64,000 nt of DNA, taken from contig JAPLXC010000002.1 of assembly GCA_026396275.1 (NCBI GenBank), forward strand, positions 10,618-74,617, written 5' to 3'. The translations under genes were made by a program, and so were the position numbers. A model generated the notes under the pieces. It did no database searches. It was not told where the DNA came from and was given only the letters and a program-made list of their open reading frames with translations. Position 1 is the stretch's first letter, and every line of letters begins with the position of its first letter. The DNA comes from Candidatus Moraniibacteriota bacterium (lineage in GTDB: Bacteria; Patescibacteriota; Minisyncoccia; Moranbacterales; JAPLXC01). Positions 48,996-58,112 of this stretch are shown one piece after another.

Positions 48996-49493
48996 CTATA
49001 TCAAAAACTTCTTTTTACTTTCCGAAAGATTGGTAAACTCATCCGCTTTTTCGATGAGTTTGGTGCTAGCAGATTCTTTAAAAGCTATGACTTCAACTCG
49101 GCAACTGAGAGTATTTTGAATGTATTCTACTACCGGAAGATAATCTCCGTCTCCAGAAACTAGAATAATAACATCCAGATTTTTAGAAAGCTTAATCGCG
49201 TCCACCGCGATGCCAACGTCCCAGTCGCCCTTCTTTTGGCCTCCGGGGAAAATTTGAAGGTCTTTTGTTTTTACTTCAAATCCCTGTTTTGTTAACGCTT
49301 CGAAAAATTTCTCTTCCTGACCCTCGACAGTTTTTATTCCGTAGGCAATTGCCCGAATCAGTTTGCGCTCACCAACCGCTTCCTCCAGTACTTTTTTGAA
49401 GTTCACTTTTTTCCCGTGAAGCACCCGGGCGCTATAGTACATATTTTGAATGTCAACGAGAACTCCAACCCTTTGTTCTTTAAATTTGGACAT
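48996..49493 (-). CDS. NYN-domain (LabA-like PIN) putative RNase
   Basis: 165 aa. VLVDIQNMYY and SGDGDYLPVV are NYN signatures. Confidence 0.65.
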   Translation of the reverse strand: MSKFKEQRVGVLVDIQNMYYSARVLHGKKVNFKKVLEEAVGERKLIRAIAYGIKTVEGQEEKFFEALTKQGFEVKTKDLQIFPGGQKKGDWDVGIAVDAIKLSKNLDVIILVSGDGDYLPVVEYIQNTLSCRVEVIAFKESASTKLIEKADEFTNLSESKKKFLI

Positions 49494-49760
49494 TTATTTT
49501 AATTCTAGTTTTTTAATTAACTTCTTATATGATTTTTCATTCGTCTTTTTTAAATACTCCATTAATTTTCTTCTTTTGGCCACCATTTTCAAAAGTCCCC
49601 GGCGGGAATGGAAATCCTTCTTATTTTTCTTGAGATGTTCAGTCAGGCGCTTGATTCTTGCGGTAAAAAGCGCAATTTGGTATTCCGGCGAGCCGGAATC
49701 TTTCTCGTGCCTTTTTACCTCTTTAGTCACTCTTTCTTTTTGCTTATGCGTTAACGCCAT
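49494..49760 (-). CDS. rpsO: Ribosomal protein S15
   Basis: 88 aa. [48 protein letters not shown]. Confidence 0.85.
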   Translation of the reverse strand: MALTHKQKERVTKEVKRHEKDSGSPEYQIALFTARIKRLTEHLKKNKKDFHSRRGLLKMVAKRRKLMEYLKKTNEKSYKKLIKKLELK

Positions 49761-49837
49761 AGTTTTTGGCTAAACACTCGCTTGGGTTTCCCGAAACCAG
49801 TGTTTGCTAGTAAATTATTAGTTTCAAAAAAATCTTA

Positions 49838-50119
49838 TTATCCACCTTCTTCAGTTCTTTCTGCTGCGAACAATTTCATATGCTGTTTTTCTACTTCTGA
49901 AAGCGATTCGGTTTCTTTTATAAAACCAACCAGTGCCTCCCTTAATTTTTCGGCATAATCAGCTTCACCCTCATCGCCAATTGCCACTCCTATCTTTTCT
50001 TGGGCGTCTAGTAATTCTTCCAGAGTTTTCAATCCCCTAATGTATCTTATCATATCCTCCTTTAAAACCTCAATTTCTTTGTTTTCTTTTTGGCCTTCAA
50101 AAAATTTTGATTCATTCAT
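49838..50119 (-). CDS. Hypothetical acidic coiled-coil protein
   Basis: 93 aa, no motif recognised. Confidence 0.3.
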   Translation of the reverse strand: MNESKFFEGQKENKEIEVLKEDMIRYIRGLKTLEELLDAQEKIGVAIGDEGEADYAEKLREALVGFIKETESLSEVEKQHMKLFAAERTEEGG

Positions 50120-50136
50120 AGTTTTTTAGTTGATAA

Positions 50137-50177
50137 TTATTCGTATATTCGTACCTAATTCGTAATTCGTAGAGAAA
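50137..50177. repeat. ATTCGTA heptamer x4 direct cluster immediately 3' of gyrA
   Basis: attcgtat attcgtac cta attcgta attcgtag ag, ending at the gyrA stop. Resembles the post-ruvB copy (attcgtagttcgtagag). Confidence 0.55.
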
Positions 50178-52619
50178 TTACAGCACTGCCGCCGCCGATA
50201 TTTTGTCTCCCGCCTCTGGGCGCATAATCCGCACTCCCTGAGTGGCTCTTCCCAGCACCGATATGCTTTTGAGAGGAATTCTGATTATCTGGCCTTTTTC
50301 CGAAGTAATAATCATATCTCCTTCAATGTCATCTACGTTAGCTATGTTAGCCCCGACTAGTTTTCCGGTCTTGGTAGTAACTTTAGCGGTTTTGATTCCC
50401 GAGCCGCCCCGGCGCTGGACCTTATAAGATCTGAGATCTGTTCTTTTGCCAAATCCGTTCTCACTGATTATCAGAAGTTGATTCCCTTTTTGCCCTTTAA
50501 GTACCGCGTTCATGCCGACGACTAAATCATCCTTTCTTAATTTAATTCCCCGTACTCCGGAAGCATTTCGCCCCATTGGCCGCACATCCGATTCTTTAAA
50601 GTGAATAGCTTGGCCGTGAGAGGTGGTAATGACAATTTCATCCGTTCCGGTCGTTGCCTTTACCCACCCCAGCGTGTCTTGTTTTTCGAGTTTGATAGCA
50701 ATAAGCCCACTGCGGCGTACATTGTCAAAATCGGAGAGGTGGATCTTTTTAACAATGCCGTGCTCGGTGGTCATAAAGAAATATTTGTAATTGTCGCTTT
50801 TGCTATAGGGGATCATTTCGGTTATTTTTTCATCCGAAGCAAGCTGCAAAAAGTTCACGATCGCCTGGCCCTTGGCTGTTCGTGTTGATTCCGGAATCTC
50901 GTATGCTTTGGTTTGATACACTTTTCCGGTATTGGTAAAAAACATTAAGTTATCGTGAGTCATCACACTGGTAACCTGTTCGATGACATCTCCTTCTTTG
51001 GTGGTGGCTCCAATCACTCCTTTTCCGCCGCGTTTTTGCACCCGGTACGCGCCCGGATTCATTCGCTTGATATAGCCATCCTGGCTCAAAGTAATAATCG
51101 CTTCATCATTGGCTATCAGATCTTCCTGCTTGAACTCGCCGATTCCCGAGCGAACCACCTTTGTTTTTCGCTCGTCGCCGTATTTTTCCTGAATTTCCCC
51201 TAGCTCCTTTTTTATGGTCTCCGAGATTTTTTTCGGGCTTTTAAGAAGTGCCTCCAATTGGACAATGAGCTGTTTCTTTTCTTTGAGCTCATCGTCTATT
51301 TTGCGACGCTCCAGCCCAGCCAGTGTTTGAAGTTTCATTTCCAAAATGGCCGTTGCTTGCTGATCAGAAAAACGGAATCGCTTAATCAAATTCTGGTGGG
51401 CTATTTCCCGGGTAGCTGATTTTTTGATGGTGCTAATAATAGCATCAATATGATCCAGCGCCTTTTTTAGTCCTTCTAAAATGTGAGCGCGTTCCTTGGC
51501 TCGAGTCAGGTCAAATTTGACTCGACGGGTTATTACAATCCGGCGGTGATCAATGAAAAAGGAGAGAATCGATTTCAGGTTAATCACTCTTGGTTCAATT
51601 CCCTCAACCAGCGCCAGCATATTGACGTTAAAATTTTTCTGAAGATCAGTGTTTGAATAAAGCGAATTCAGCACTTTTTGAGGATAAGCATCTTTTTTCA
51701 GATCAACCACGATTCTCACTCCTTCTTTGCCGGACTCGTCGCGAATGTCTTTAATTCCCTGAATTTTTCCGTCTTTTGTTAACTGGGCAATTTTTTCTAT
51801 TAGGACTGATTTATTAGTAGCATAAGTTATTTCACTGACAATGATCTGGAAACTCCCTACTTTTGTTTCGGTAATTTCAGCCTTGGCCCGGGTAATGATT
51901 TTTCCTCTTCCAGTAGAATAGGCCTCTTTAATATCTTTAGCGTTGTAAATTATTCCCCCGGTGGGGAAATCAGGTCCCTGAATGAATTTCATCAGTTCCT
52001 CGGTGCCGGCTTCCGGATTATCAATAAGGTAAATCAAAGCGCTTACGACTTCAGAAAGATTGTGGGGAGGAATGCTGGTTGCCATTCCCACCGCGATTCC
52101 CATCGTTCCATTAAGAATGAGCTGGGGAATTTTAGCCGGAAGAACTACCGGCTCCTGATGAACGCCGTCAAAATTGGGGACAAAATCAACTGTCTCTCTT
52201 TCAATGTCAGAAAGTATTTCCTCGGCAATGGGCGCAAGCTTTGCTTCAGTGTAGCGGTAGGCGGCGGCGCTGTCTCCGTCCAGAGACCCAAAGTTTCCCT
52301 GTCCCCAGACTAGCGGGTAGCGCATATTGAAATCCTGGGACAGGCGGACCATTGAATCGTAAACGGCCACGTCTCCGTGAGGGTGGTATTTCCCAATAAC
52401 TTCTCCCACAACGGTAGCGGATTTTCGGAATTTAGCTCCCGGCCGGAGGCCGCTGTTCCACATGGAATAAAGAATGCGGCGATGAACCGGTTTCATCCCA
52501 TCGCGGACATCCGGCAGGGCGCGCGAAACAATTACGCTCATGGCGTAATCCAAATATGATTGCTGAATTTCTTCAGTTATCTCTCTGGGATGGATGGTTT
52601 CCTTTTTCTTCTGTTCCAT
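50178..52619 (-). CDS. gyrA: DNA gyrase subunit A
   Basis: 813 aa. Active-site region [11 protein letters not shown] (Tyr), a GyrA-box-like C-terminal beta-pinwheel with QRRGGSGI. Confidence 0.93.
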   Translation of the reverse strand: MEQKKKETIHPREITEEIQQSYLDYAMSVIVSRALPDVRDGMKPVHRRILYSMWNSGLRPGAKFRKSATVVGEVIGKYHPHGDVAVYDSMVRLSQDFNMRYPLVWGQGNFGSLDGDSAAAYRYTEAKLAPIAEEILSDIERETVDFVPNFDGVHQEPVVLPAKIPQLILNGTMGIAVGMATSIPPHNLSEVVSALIYLIDNPEAGTEELMKFIQGPDFPTGGIIYNAKDIKEAYSTGRGKIITRAKAEITETKVGSFQIIVSEITYATNKSVLIEKIAQLTKDGKIQGIKDIRDESGKEGVRIVVDLKKDAYPQKVLNSLYSNTDLQKNFNVNMLALVEGIEPRVINLKSILSFFIDHRRIVITRRVKFDLTRAKERAHILEGLKKALDHIDAIISTIKKSATREIAHQNLIKRFRFSDQQATAILEMKLQTLAGLERRKIDDELKEKKQLIVQLEALLKSPKKISETIKKELGEIQEKYGDERKTKVVRSGIGEFKQEDLIANDEAIITLSQDGYIKRMNPGAYRVQKRGGKGVIGATTKEGDVIEQVTSVMTHDNLMFFTNTGKVYQTKAYEIPESTRTAKGQAIVNFLQLASDEKITEMIPYSKSDNYKYFFMTTEHGIVKKIHLSDFDNVRRSGLIAIKLEKQDTLGWVKATTGTDEIVITTSHGQAIHFKESDVRPMGRNASGVRGIKLRKDDLVVGMNAVLKGQKGNQLLIISENGFGKRTDLRSYKVQRRGGSGIKTAKVTTKTGKLVGANIANVDDIEGDMIITSEKGQIIRIPLKSISVLGRATQGVRIMRPEAGDKISAAAVL

Positions 52620-52649
52620 AAACTTTAATTAGGAAAAAGTATTGGCGTC

Positions 52650-52958
52650 TTAATTTTCAGGCGCCAATTCTGGCTGAGTAATTGTTCCTTCCTCTGAGGC
52701 ATTTTGCTGAAGGTCACCTTCGGATTCTCCGATAAAATCTTGAAGCGAAGGCAGCTCCTCCCGGACATTATTCCAGTCGCTCTGGAGACCGGAAGAATTT
52801 TTTTCTTCAGGCATCGCGTTTTTGAAGGATTCCTGGAGGGAAAAAATCCAGATGATAATAATAAAAACCATAACAATCACCACGCCGCCCAGGACATAGC
52901 GCATCCGAATATGCTCAGGTTGACGGCGGATATTTTCAATTTTGTCAGAAATAGACAT
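52650..52958 (-). CDS. Hypothetical single-TM protein
   Basis: 102 aa, one TM helix, acidic C-terminal tail. Confidence 0.35.
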   Translation of the reverse strand: MSISDKIENIRRQPEHIRMRYVLGGVVIVMVFIIIIWIFSLQESFKNAMPEEKNSSGLQSDWNNVREELPSLQDFIGESEGDLQQNASEEGTITQPELAPEN

Positions 52959-52971
52959 TAGAATAAAATCT

Positions 52972-53076
52972 TTACGAATTACGAATCTAGTACTAATATA
53001 CGAATTTTTTTAACCAAAAATTAAGTGAAGCAATTAAACTTATCTTTGGATATTGGTATATTCGTATTAAATTAGT
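52972..53076. repeat. TACGAAT/ATTCGTA heptamer cluster between a hypothetical gene and the MBL hydrolase gene
   Basis: tttacgaattacgaatctagtactaatatacgaattt ... ggtatattcgtatt. ctagtactaatatacgaattt is identical to the post-ruvB copy. Confidence 0.55.
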
Positions 53077-53088
53077 AATTAGTAAAGA

Positions 53089-53748
53089 TTACTCCACACT
53101 CATTATCACCACTTCCATACTTTTCTCTTCCAAATCCCTTTTCTTAAAAGACAGTTTATTTGATTTTTGGCTGGGGCAATTTCCCATTTCAGCGCAGAAT
53201 TTCTTTTCGTCAGCGATATCAATGGCCGAACCCTTGATTTTGTAGTGCATCGGAATAACAATTGCTGGCTCAATTTTTCTTACCAACTCTGCCGCTTTTT
53301 TGCCATCAAGAGTGATTTTGCCACCCACTGGAATAAACAAGACATCTATTCCGTCAATTTCTTCAAGCTGTTCCGAAGTAAGATCGGTTCCCAAGTCCCC
53401 CAAGTGGCAGATTTTCATTTCTTCCGATTCAATAACAAAAACAGTACTGTGTCCTCTTTCCTCTCCTCCCTTTTCATCATGAAATGTGTCTATCCCAACA
53501 GCGTTTATGCCTCTGGCTGAATACTCCCCCGGAAGATCAATAACAAGCGGGCCATTCTTAAGTGCAGAAGTATTGTTATGATCGTAATGATCATGGGATA
53601 CAAAAACAATATCCGCGTGCCCCTGAGGTGACCGCAGTCCAATGGAGCGATCAAAAGGGTCGGTAAAAATGACCACATCTTCAGTGGCTCTTCCTGCTGG
53701 TTTGGTTGTTATTTTAAAACAAGAATGGCCGTAATATTGGATATTCAC
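53089..53748 (-). CDS. MBL-fold metal-dependent hydrolase (UPF0173-like)
   Basis: Motif VFVSHDHYDHNN. Start re-set to the GTG giving (M)NIQYYGHSCFKI, because the track N-terminal extension to 53799 reads through a repeat element. Confidence 0.65.
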   Translation of the reverse strand: MNIQYYGHSCFKITTKPAGRATEDVVIFTDPFDRSIGLRSPQGHADIVFVSHDHYDHNNTSALKNGPLVIDLPGEYSARGINAVGIDTFHDEKGGEERGHSTVFVIESEEMKICHLGDLGTDLTSEQLEEIDGIDVLFIPVGGKITLDGKKAAELVRKIEPAIVIPMHYKIKGSAIDIADEKKFCAEMGNCPSQKSNKLSFKKRDLEEKSMEVVIMSVE

Positions 53749-53754
53749 GATTTC

Positions 53755-53812
53755 TTTACGAATTACCTGCCTGCCGGCAGGCAGGCGAATAACGTACAAA
53801 TATACGAATTAT
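53755..53812. repeat. TACGAAT heptamer pair around the GC palindrome tgcctgccggcaggca, upstream of the MBL hydrolase gene
   Basis: tttacgaattacc-tgcctgccggcaggca-ggcgaataacgtacaaatatacgaattatt. Confidence 0.5.
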
Positions 53813-54068
53813 TAATTTATTCTTAATTAATATACATAAGCAGTTTATCACAAAAAAACTGTTTTGTCGAAACGGCTCTTGCCAAAAATAGGTAATTAAT
53901 ATATGATTCTCTCTAGTAGTAATTATTAAGAAAATTGAATAGAGGATAAATTAAGATCCTCATTTTTCTTAATAATTTCCTTTATTTTAAGGGAAATTTT
54001 TGTTTTATATCTCGCCCTCTTAATTATTGACTTAATAGTTAGTGTCGGCGTTGATATTTTTTAGATTT

Positions 54069-55409
54069 ATGAAAAAAGACAATAAAAAAAGCAAAGATAT
54101 TTTAGACAAACTGGCGGAAGAAGTTGACAGAATTCCAGAAGAAAAATCCGCCTTGCCGGAGCAAAAGGAGAGCAAAACAGCTGAGGTGTCTGAAGCAAGC
54201 GGCTCACCGATGGGCGATCTTTTGGAAAAGTATCCCATAAGAATTCCCAAAATTAGCGATGTTCTTGAGGGAAAAGTAATTGAGGTATCGTCCAATCACA
54301 TTTTGCTTGATCTTGGACCGCTGGGGACTGGGATTGTGCTGGGAAAAGAAGTTAAGGATGGCTTAAGCGTGACCTCTAAACTGAAAAAAGGGAATGTTGT
54401 TAGCGCGACGCTTACGGATCTTGAGAATGAAGACGGGTTTCTTGAGCTTTCCATCCGGGAGGCCTCTTATGAACGGGCTTGGGATGATCTTGAATCCAAG
54501 CGTGACACCCAGGAAATTATCATTACGAAAATACTCGATGCCAATAAAGGAGGATTGATGGCGGAGGTAAACGGCATTGCCGGGTTTCTTCCGGTGTCAC
54601 AGCTTTCCAGCGAGCACTATCCTCGAGTTGAGGATGGCGACAAAAATAAAATACTGGAATTGCTCAAAAAACTTATAGGAGAAGAAATGCAAGTGAGGAT
54701 TATTGATGCCGATCGCGAGGCGGAAAAATTAATTGTAAGCGAAAAAGCGGCATTAAGCGAAAAAGAGCATGAGGTAATTTCTCAACTCAAAGTAGGCGAT
54801 GTAATTTCCGGAGAAGTCAGTGGCGTGGTTGATTTCGGTGCTTTTGTGAAATTTCTTCCCCCCTCTAAAAAGGACTCTGAAAATGAAAAAGATAAATTAG
54901 AAGGGCTGGTTCATATTTCGGAGCTGGCCTGGCAGCTTATTGACAATCCCCGGGAAATTGTCAAAACCAGCGATCAGGTAGAAGCCCAGATTATCGGAAT
55001 TGACAATACCCGGATTTCTCTTTCCCTCAAAGCGCTCAAAAAAGATCCCTGGAGCGAGATCGAAAAGAAATACAAAGCGGGAGATGTGGTTAAGGGCAAA
55101 GTGGACAAAATAAATCCTTTCGGGGCATTTGTTTATCTTGACAAGGACATCCATGGCTTGGCTCACATCAGTGAATTCCGGGAAGCCGTCCCCGACAAAA
55201 AAATGGAGGAAGTCCTCAAAACCGGCGAGAGCTACAGCTGGAAAATTCTTTCTATTGAACCCAAAGAGCATCGAATGGGGTTGATGTTTATAAAGGATGA
55301 AGAAAAAAAGCCGGTTGATAAAAAATCAGAAGAATTAACTAAAAAAGCAGAAAAGAAAAGTAAAGAGAAAAAGGAAAAGAAAGAAAAGGATAAGGACAAA
55401 AAAGAGTAA
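54069..55409 (+). CDS. rpsA: Ribosomal protein S1 (several S1 domains, Lys-rich C-terminal tail)
   Basis: Repeated S1 motifs (GKVIEVSSNHILLDLGP..; GEVSGVVDFGAFVKF; GKVDKINPFGAFVYL). Start re-set to MKKDNKKSK. Confidence 0.75.
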   Translation: MKKDNKKSKDILDKLAEEVDRIPEEKSALPEQKESKTAEVSEASGSPMGDLLEKYPIRIPKISDVLEGKVIEVSSNHILLDLGPLGTGIVLGKEVKDGLSVTSKLKKGNVVSATLTDLENEDGFLELSIREASYERAWDDLESKRDTQEIIITKILDANKGGLMAEVNGIAGFLPVSQLSSEHYPRVEDGDKNKILELLKKLIGEEMQVRIIDADREAEKLIVSEKAALSEKEHEVISQLKVGDVISGEVSGVVDFGAFVKFLPPSKKDSENEKDKLEGLVHISELAWQLIDNPREIVKTSDQVEAQIIGIDNTRISLSLKALKKDPWSEIEKKYKAGDVVKGKVDKINPFGAFVYLDKDIHGLAHISEFREAVPDKKMEEVLKTGESYSWKILSIEPKEHRMGLMFIKDEEKKPVDKKSEELTKKAEKKSKEKKEKKEKDKDKKE

Positions 55410-55422
55410 AAATTCTGCAAAA

Positions 55423-55445
55423 ATGGACGCCGGCGTCCATTTTTG
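55423..55445 (+). terminator. Intrinsic terminator after rpsA
   Basis: atggacgc-cggcgtccat perfect 9-bp stem followed by ttttt. Confidence 0.7.
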
Positions 55446-55488
55446 GTTATAATATAGTAAATAGCTAAACCTAAGCCACAAAACCATT

Positions 55489-56133
55489 ATGGAAAAATAT
55501 TCTTACGAAAAAGCTTATGAAGAAGCCGCGAAAATGCAGGAAAAAATAAAGAAAGACGAAGCGAGAAATTATTATGATGCCGAGAGACTTGTAGAAAAGG
55601 AAGATGAAGAAAAAGCAAGGCTCAAAAAATATGAGAAAAGCTTTGGTAACGAAGCAGAAATGATTATTGCGGAACTATTGAAGGAAGCTCCATTTATCAA
55701 GTCGGCAGAATTAGGAACAGACAATGAGGATAAAAAGGGTAAGTCGGACGTCTGGTTCAATTTTAGGGGAGACGAAATAACAGATCCAACAGCGCTTCAG
55801 CTTACCACATCAAGCAACCCCGAAAAAGTATCAAGTAAAAGAGAAAAATTACCACCTTTTGCAAAAAAAGAATACAGAAACGATGCTCAGATCAAATTTG
55901 ATAAAAAAGCCGATCTGGTTTTTGTTCATTGCGACAAGATTTATCTGGGAAGAAAATGGAATGAATATCTGGAGAAGAAAAAAGAAAATTCAAATACAAC
56001 CCTAACAAGTGTTTTAGGAAAAAAATTTGTAATTGATATTTTTTTACAAATTCTAAATGGGCTAGGAAAAACAAATCCTCCCAAAAAGACAATGCTTTTA
56101 AATTTTTTGAAAGAGTTTGAAAATTCTTTATAA
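55489..56133 (+). CDS. Hypothetical protein
   Basis: 214 aa, charged N-terminus, no motif recognised. Confidence 0.4.
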   Translation: MEKYSYEKAYEEAAKMQEKIKKDEARNYYDAERLVEKEDEEKARLKKYEKSFGNEAEMIIAELLKEAPFIKSAELGTDNEDKKGKSDVWFNFRGDEITDPTALQLTTSSNPEKVSSKREKLPPFAKKEYRNDAQIKFDKKADLVFVHCDKIYLGRKWNEYLEKKKENSNTTLTSVLGKKFVIDIFLQILNGLGKTNPPKKTMLLNFLKEFENSL

Positions 56134-56170
56134 AAAACAAAAGAGCTGAAGATTATTATTCTCCAGCTCT
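56133..56170. terminator. Bidirectional hairpin between convergent genes
   Basis: agagctgaag-attattatt-ctccagctct. An A-run on the plus side and a T-run on the minus side serve the 56169..56351 gene. Confidence 0.5.
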
Positions 56171-56351
56171 ATGCAACACCAGCCAGCCCTTTTTCTCTTA
56201 CGAAATTTAAAGTAAATACTGCAGAACCCTTAATTGTAAGAACATGAAACTCTCCATCCTTATATTCAACAGAAATAATTTTCGGGCTTTTTAAAAGGTA
56301 ACTAATAACCTCTTCTTTAGTTACTTCTCTGTTATTTTTATTTTTGGACAT
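56169..56351 (-). CDS. Small hypothetical protein
   Basis: 60 aa, convergent with the upstream gene. Low support. Confidence 0.3.
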   Translation of the reverse strand: MSKNKNNREVTKEEVISYLLKSPKIISVEYKDGEFHVLTIKGSAVFTLNFVREKGLAGVA

Positions 56352-56407
56352 TTTCCCTCCTTTCGCAGTCGTTGTGCGAGTTCATAATTTAGCACGGGTA
56401 TAAAAAT

Positions 56408-56986
56408 ATGTCAACAACCGGTAAAAAACTCAACCTTTTCATCATCTCCGGTCCCTCCGGTGCCGGCGAGGACTCTATAATTTCCGGACTCAAGAAATAT
56501 TTTCCCATTGAGCGGGTAATAACTACCGCCACGCGCTTGATGCGTCCCGGCGAATCCCAGAGTAAACCTTATTATTTCATTTCCCGGGATGAGTTTCAGA
56601 AAAAAATAGGAAAAGGGGACTTTATTGAATATGCCAAGGAGTATAACAATAATTTTTATGGGACAGAAAAAAAGGAGCTGGAAAGGGTCAAAAATTCCGG
56701 AAGAGTTGGAATCTGGAAAATTGAATATCAAGGAGTAATTACCGCCAAAAATCTTTTCCCGGAAATCCCGGTGATTTTTATTACAGTTTCCAATCTCAAA
56801 ATCCTCGAAGACCGCATCCGCCGCCGCGACGGGGTTTCGGAGGAATATATTAAGGAACGGATGGAATATACTAAGCAGTGGATGAAGCACAAAGATATTT
56901 ATGATTACAAAGTGGTAAATGAAGAAGGAAAACTGGACGAAGCCATTGCTCAAACCGCCGAGATTATCAAAAATCATGTCAAATAA
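56408..56986 (+). CDS. Guanylate-kinase-like protein with a degenerate Walker A (GPSGAGEDS instead of GxxGxGK[ST])
   Basis: 192 aa. Gmk fold markers TTATRLMRPGESQSKPYYFISRDEF and EYAKEYNNNFYGT. The P-loop Lys/Ser-Thr are replaced by Glu/Asp. Confidence 0.6.
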   Translation: MSTTGKKLNLFIISGPSGAGEDSIISGLKKYFPIERVITTATRLMRPGESQSKPYYFISRDEFQKKIGKGDFIEYAKEYNNNFYGTEKKELERVKNSGRVGIWKIEYQGVITAKNLFPEIPVIFITVSNLKILEDRIRRRDGVSEEYIKERMEYTKQWMKHKDIYDYKVVNEEGKLDEAIAQTAEIIKNHVK

Positions 56987-57025
56987 ACCATCCTCCTTAT
57001 TAGTCGGTAACAATTCAGCTTACTT

Positions 57026-57043
57026 TTCTAGCGATCGCTAGAA
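57026..57043. repeat. Perfect 18-bp palindrome TTCTAGCGATCGCTAGAA
   Basis: Between the gmk-like gene and tilS. Contains the PvuI-like CGATCG core. Could be a protein-binding site or a terminator stem. Confidence 0.4.
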
Positions 57044-57079
57044 ATTTAAACTGGAAATCATTTCTTATAACCGAAATTA

Positions 57080-58033
57080 ATGAGCAAGAATCTAATTAAA
57101 AAATTCCAAAATATCTCCCATCAATATGATCTTTGGCAAAAAGGATCAAAGATTGTCTTGGGTGTTTCAGGCGGGCCGGATTCGGTGGCGATGTTTGATA
57201 TTTTTGCGAAGTTAGCGCCGAAATATAATCTTAAATTAATTATTGCCCATGTGAATTATGGTTTGAGGGGGAAAGATAGTGATTTAGACCAGAAATTGGT
57301 AGAGAAATATGCTTTGCGGAATGAGTTAAGATTAGTTGTTTATAAGCCGGTTATTAAGGGAAAACACAGTGAAGAAATATTTAGGAATATCCGGTATAAC
57401 TTCTTTGAGAAAATCCGGAAGGATAATAATTTTGACTTAGTTGCTGTTGGTCATACGCTCGACGATCAGGCGGAAACTTATCTTATGAGAATTATCAGAG
57501 GCTCGGGACTGGCGGGATTAGCTTCTATGAAATTTAAGAAAGGCAACATTATCCGCCCGCTTTTAGGAATTACCAAGAAGGAAATTTTAGAATATCTTAA
57601 GGGAAATAAGTTAAACTACCGAACCGACAAAACCAACAAAGAAATCCCATTTTTGCGAAATAAAATCAGAAACGAATTAATCCCGCTTCTGGAAAAAAAG
57701 TATAATCCCAGTATAAAAGAAACTTTGTATAAATCTTCTCTCAACATTGCCGAGGATTATGATTTGATTTCTCAAATGGCGGAAGGATATTATAAAAAGC
57801 ATAGAAATTTAAAAATCAGCGAAATCTTGAAACTTCATCCCGCCCTGCAAAAAAGAGTAATTCTGGAAGCTATCAAAAAAGAAAAAAAAAGCTTAAAAGA
57901 CATAGAAAAAACCCACTTGGACGAAATTATTAAAGTTGCCAAGAGCAATAAAAGTAAATCCCAAATAGTATTACTTAAGGGCTTGAAAATTACTAGAATT
58001 GGTGATAAGCTAACCATTAATCGTTTAACTTGA
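57080..58033 (+). CDS. tilS: tRNA(Ile)-lysidine synthetase
   Basis: 317 aa. PP-loop LGVSGGPDSVAM. Sits in the conserved tilS-ftsH neighbourhood. Confidence 0.85.
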   Translation: MSKNLIKKFQNISHQYDLWQKGSKIVLGVSGGPDSVAMFDIFAKLAPKYNLKLIIAHVNYGLRGKDSDLDQKLVEKYALRNELRLVVYKPVIKGKHSEEIFRNIRYNFFEKIRKDNNFDLVAVGHTLDDQAETYLMRIIRGSGLAGLASMKFKKGNIIRPLLGITKKEILEYLKGNKLNYRTDKTNKEIPFLRNKIRNELIPLLEKKYNPSIKETLYKSSLNIAEDYDLISQMAEGYYKKHRNLKISEILKLHPALQKRVILEAIKKEKKSLKDIEKTHLDEIIKVAKSNKSKSQIVLLKGLKITRIGDKLTINRLT

Positions 58034-58035
58034 GA

Positions 58036-58110
58036 ATTCCTAATTCGTACATTTCCGCCAAAGAGAATCCATCTTTGGCGAGCGTCACGAAATTTGTAAT
58101 TCTTATACGA
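58036..58110. repeat. ATTCGTA/TACGAG heptamer pair around a hairpin between tilS and ftsH
   Basis: ctaattcgtacattt-cgccaaagagaatccatctttggcg-agcgtcacgaaatttgtaattcttatacgag. Confidence 0.5.
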
Positions 58111-58112
58111 GT

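Noticed and set aside
57026-57043. Restriction-modification site idea for TTCTAGCGATCGCTAGAA
   Set aside because: A single perfect palindrome is not evidence of an R-M system, and no methyltransferase or endonuclease gene is nearby. Recorded only as a palindrome.
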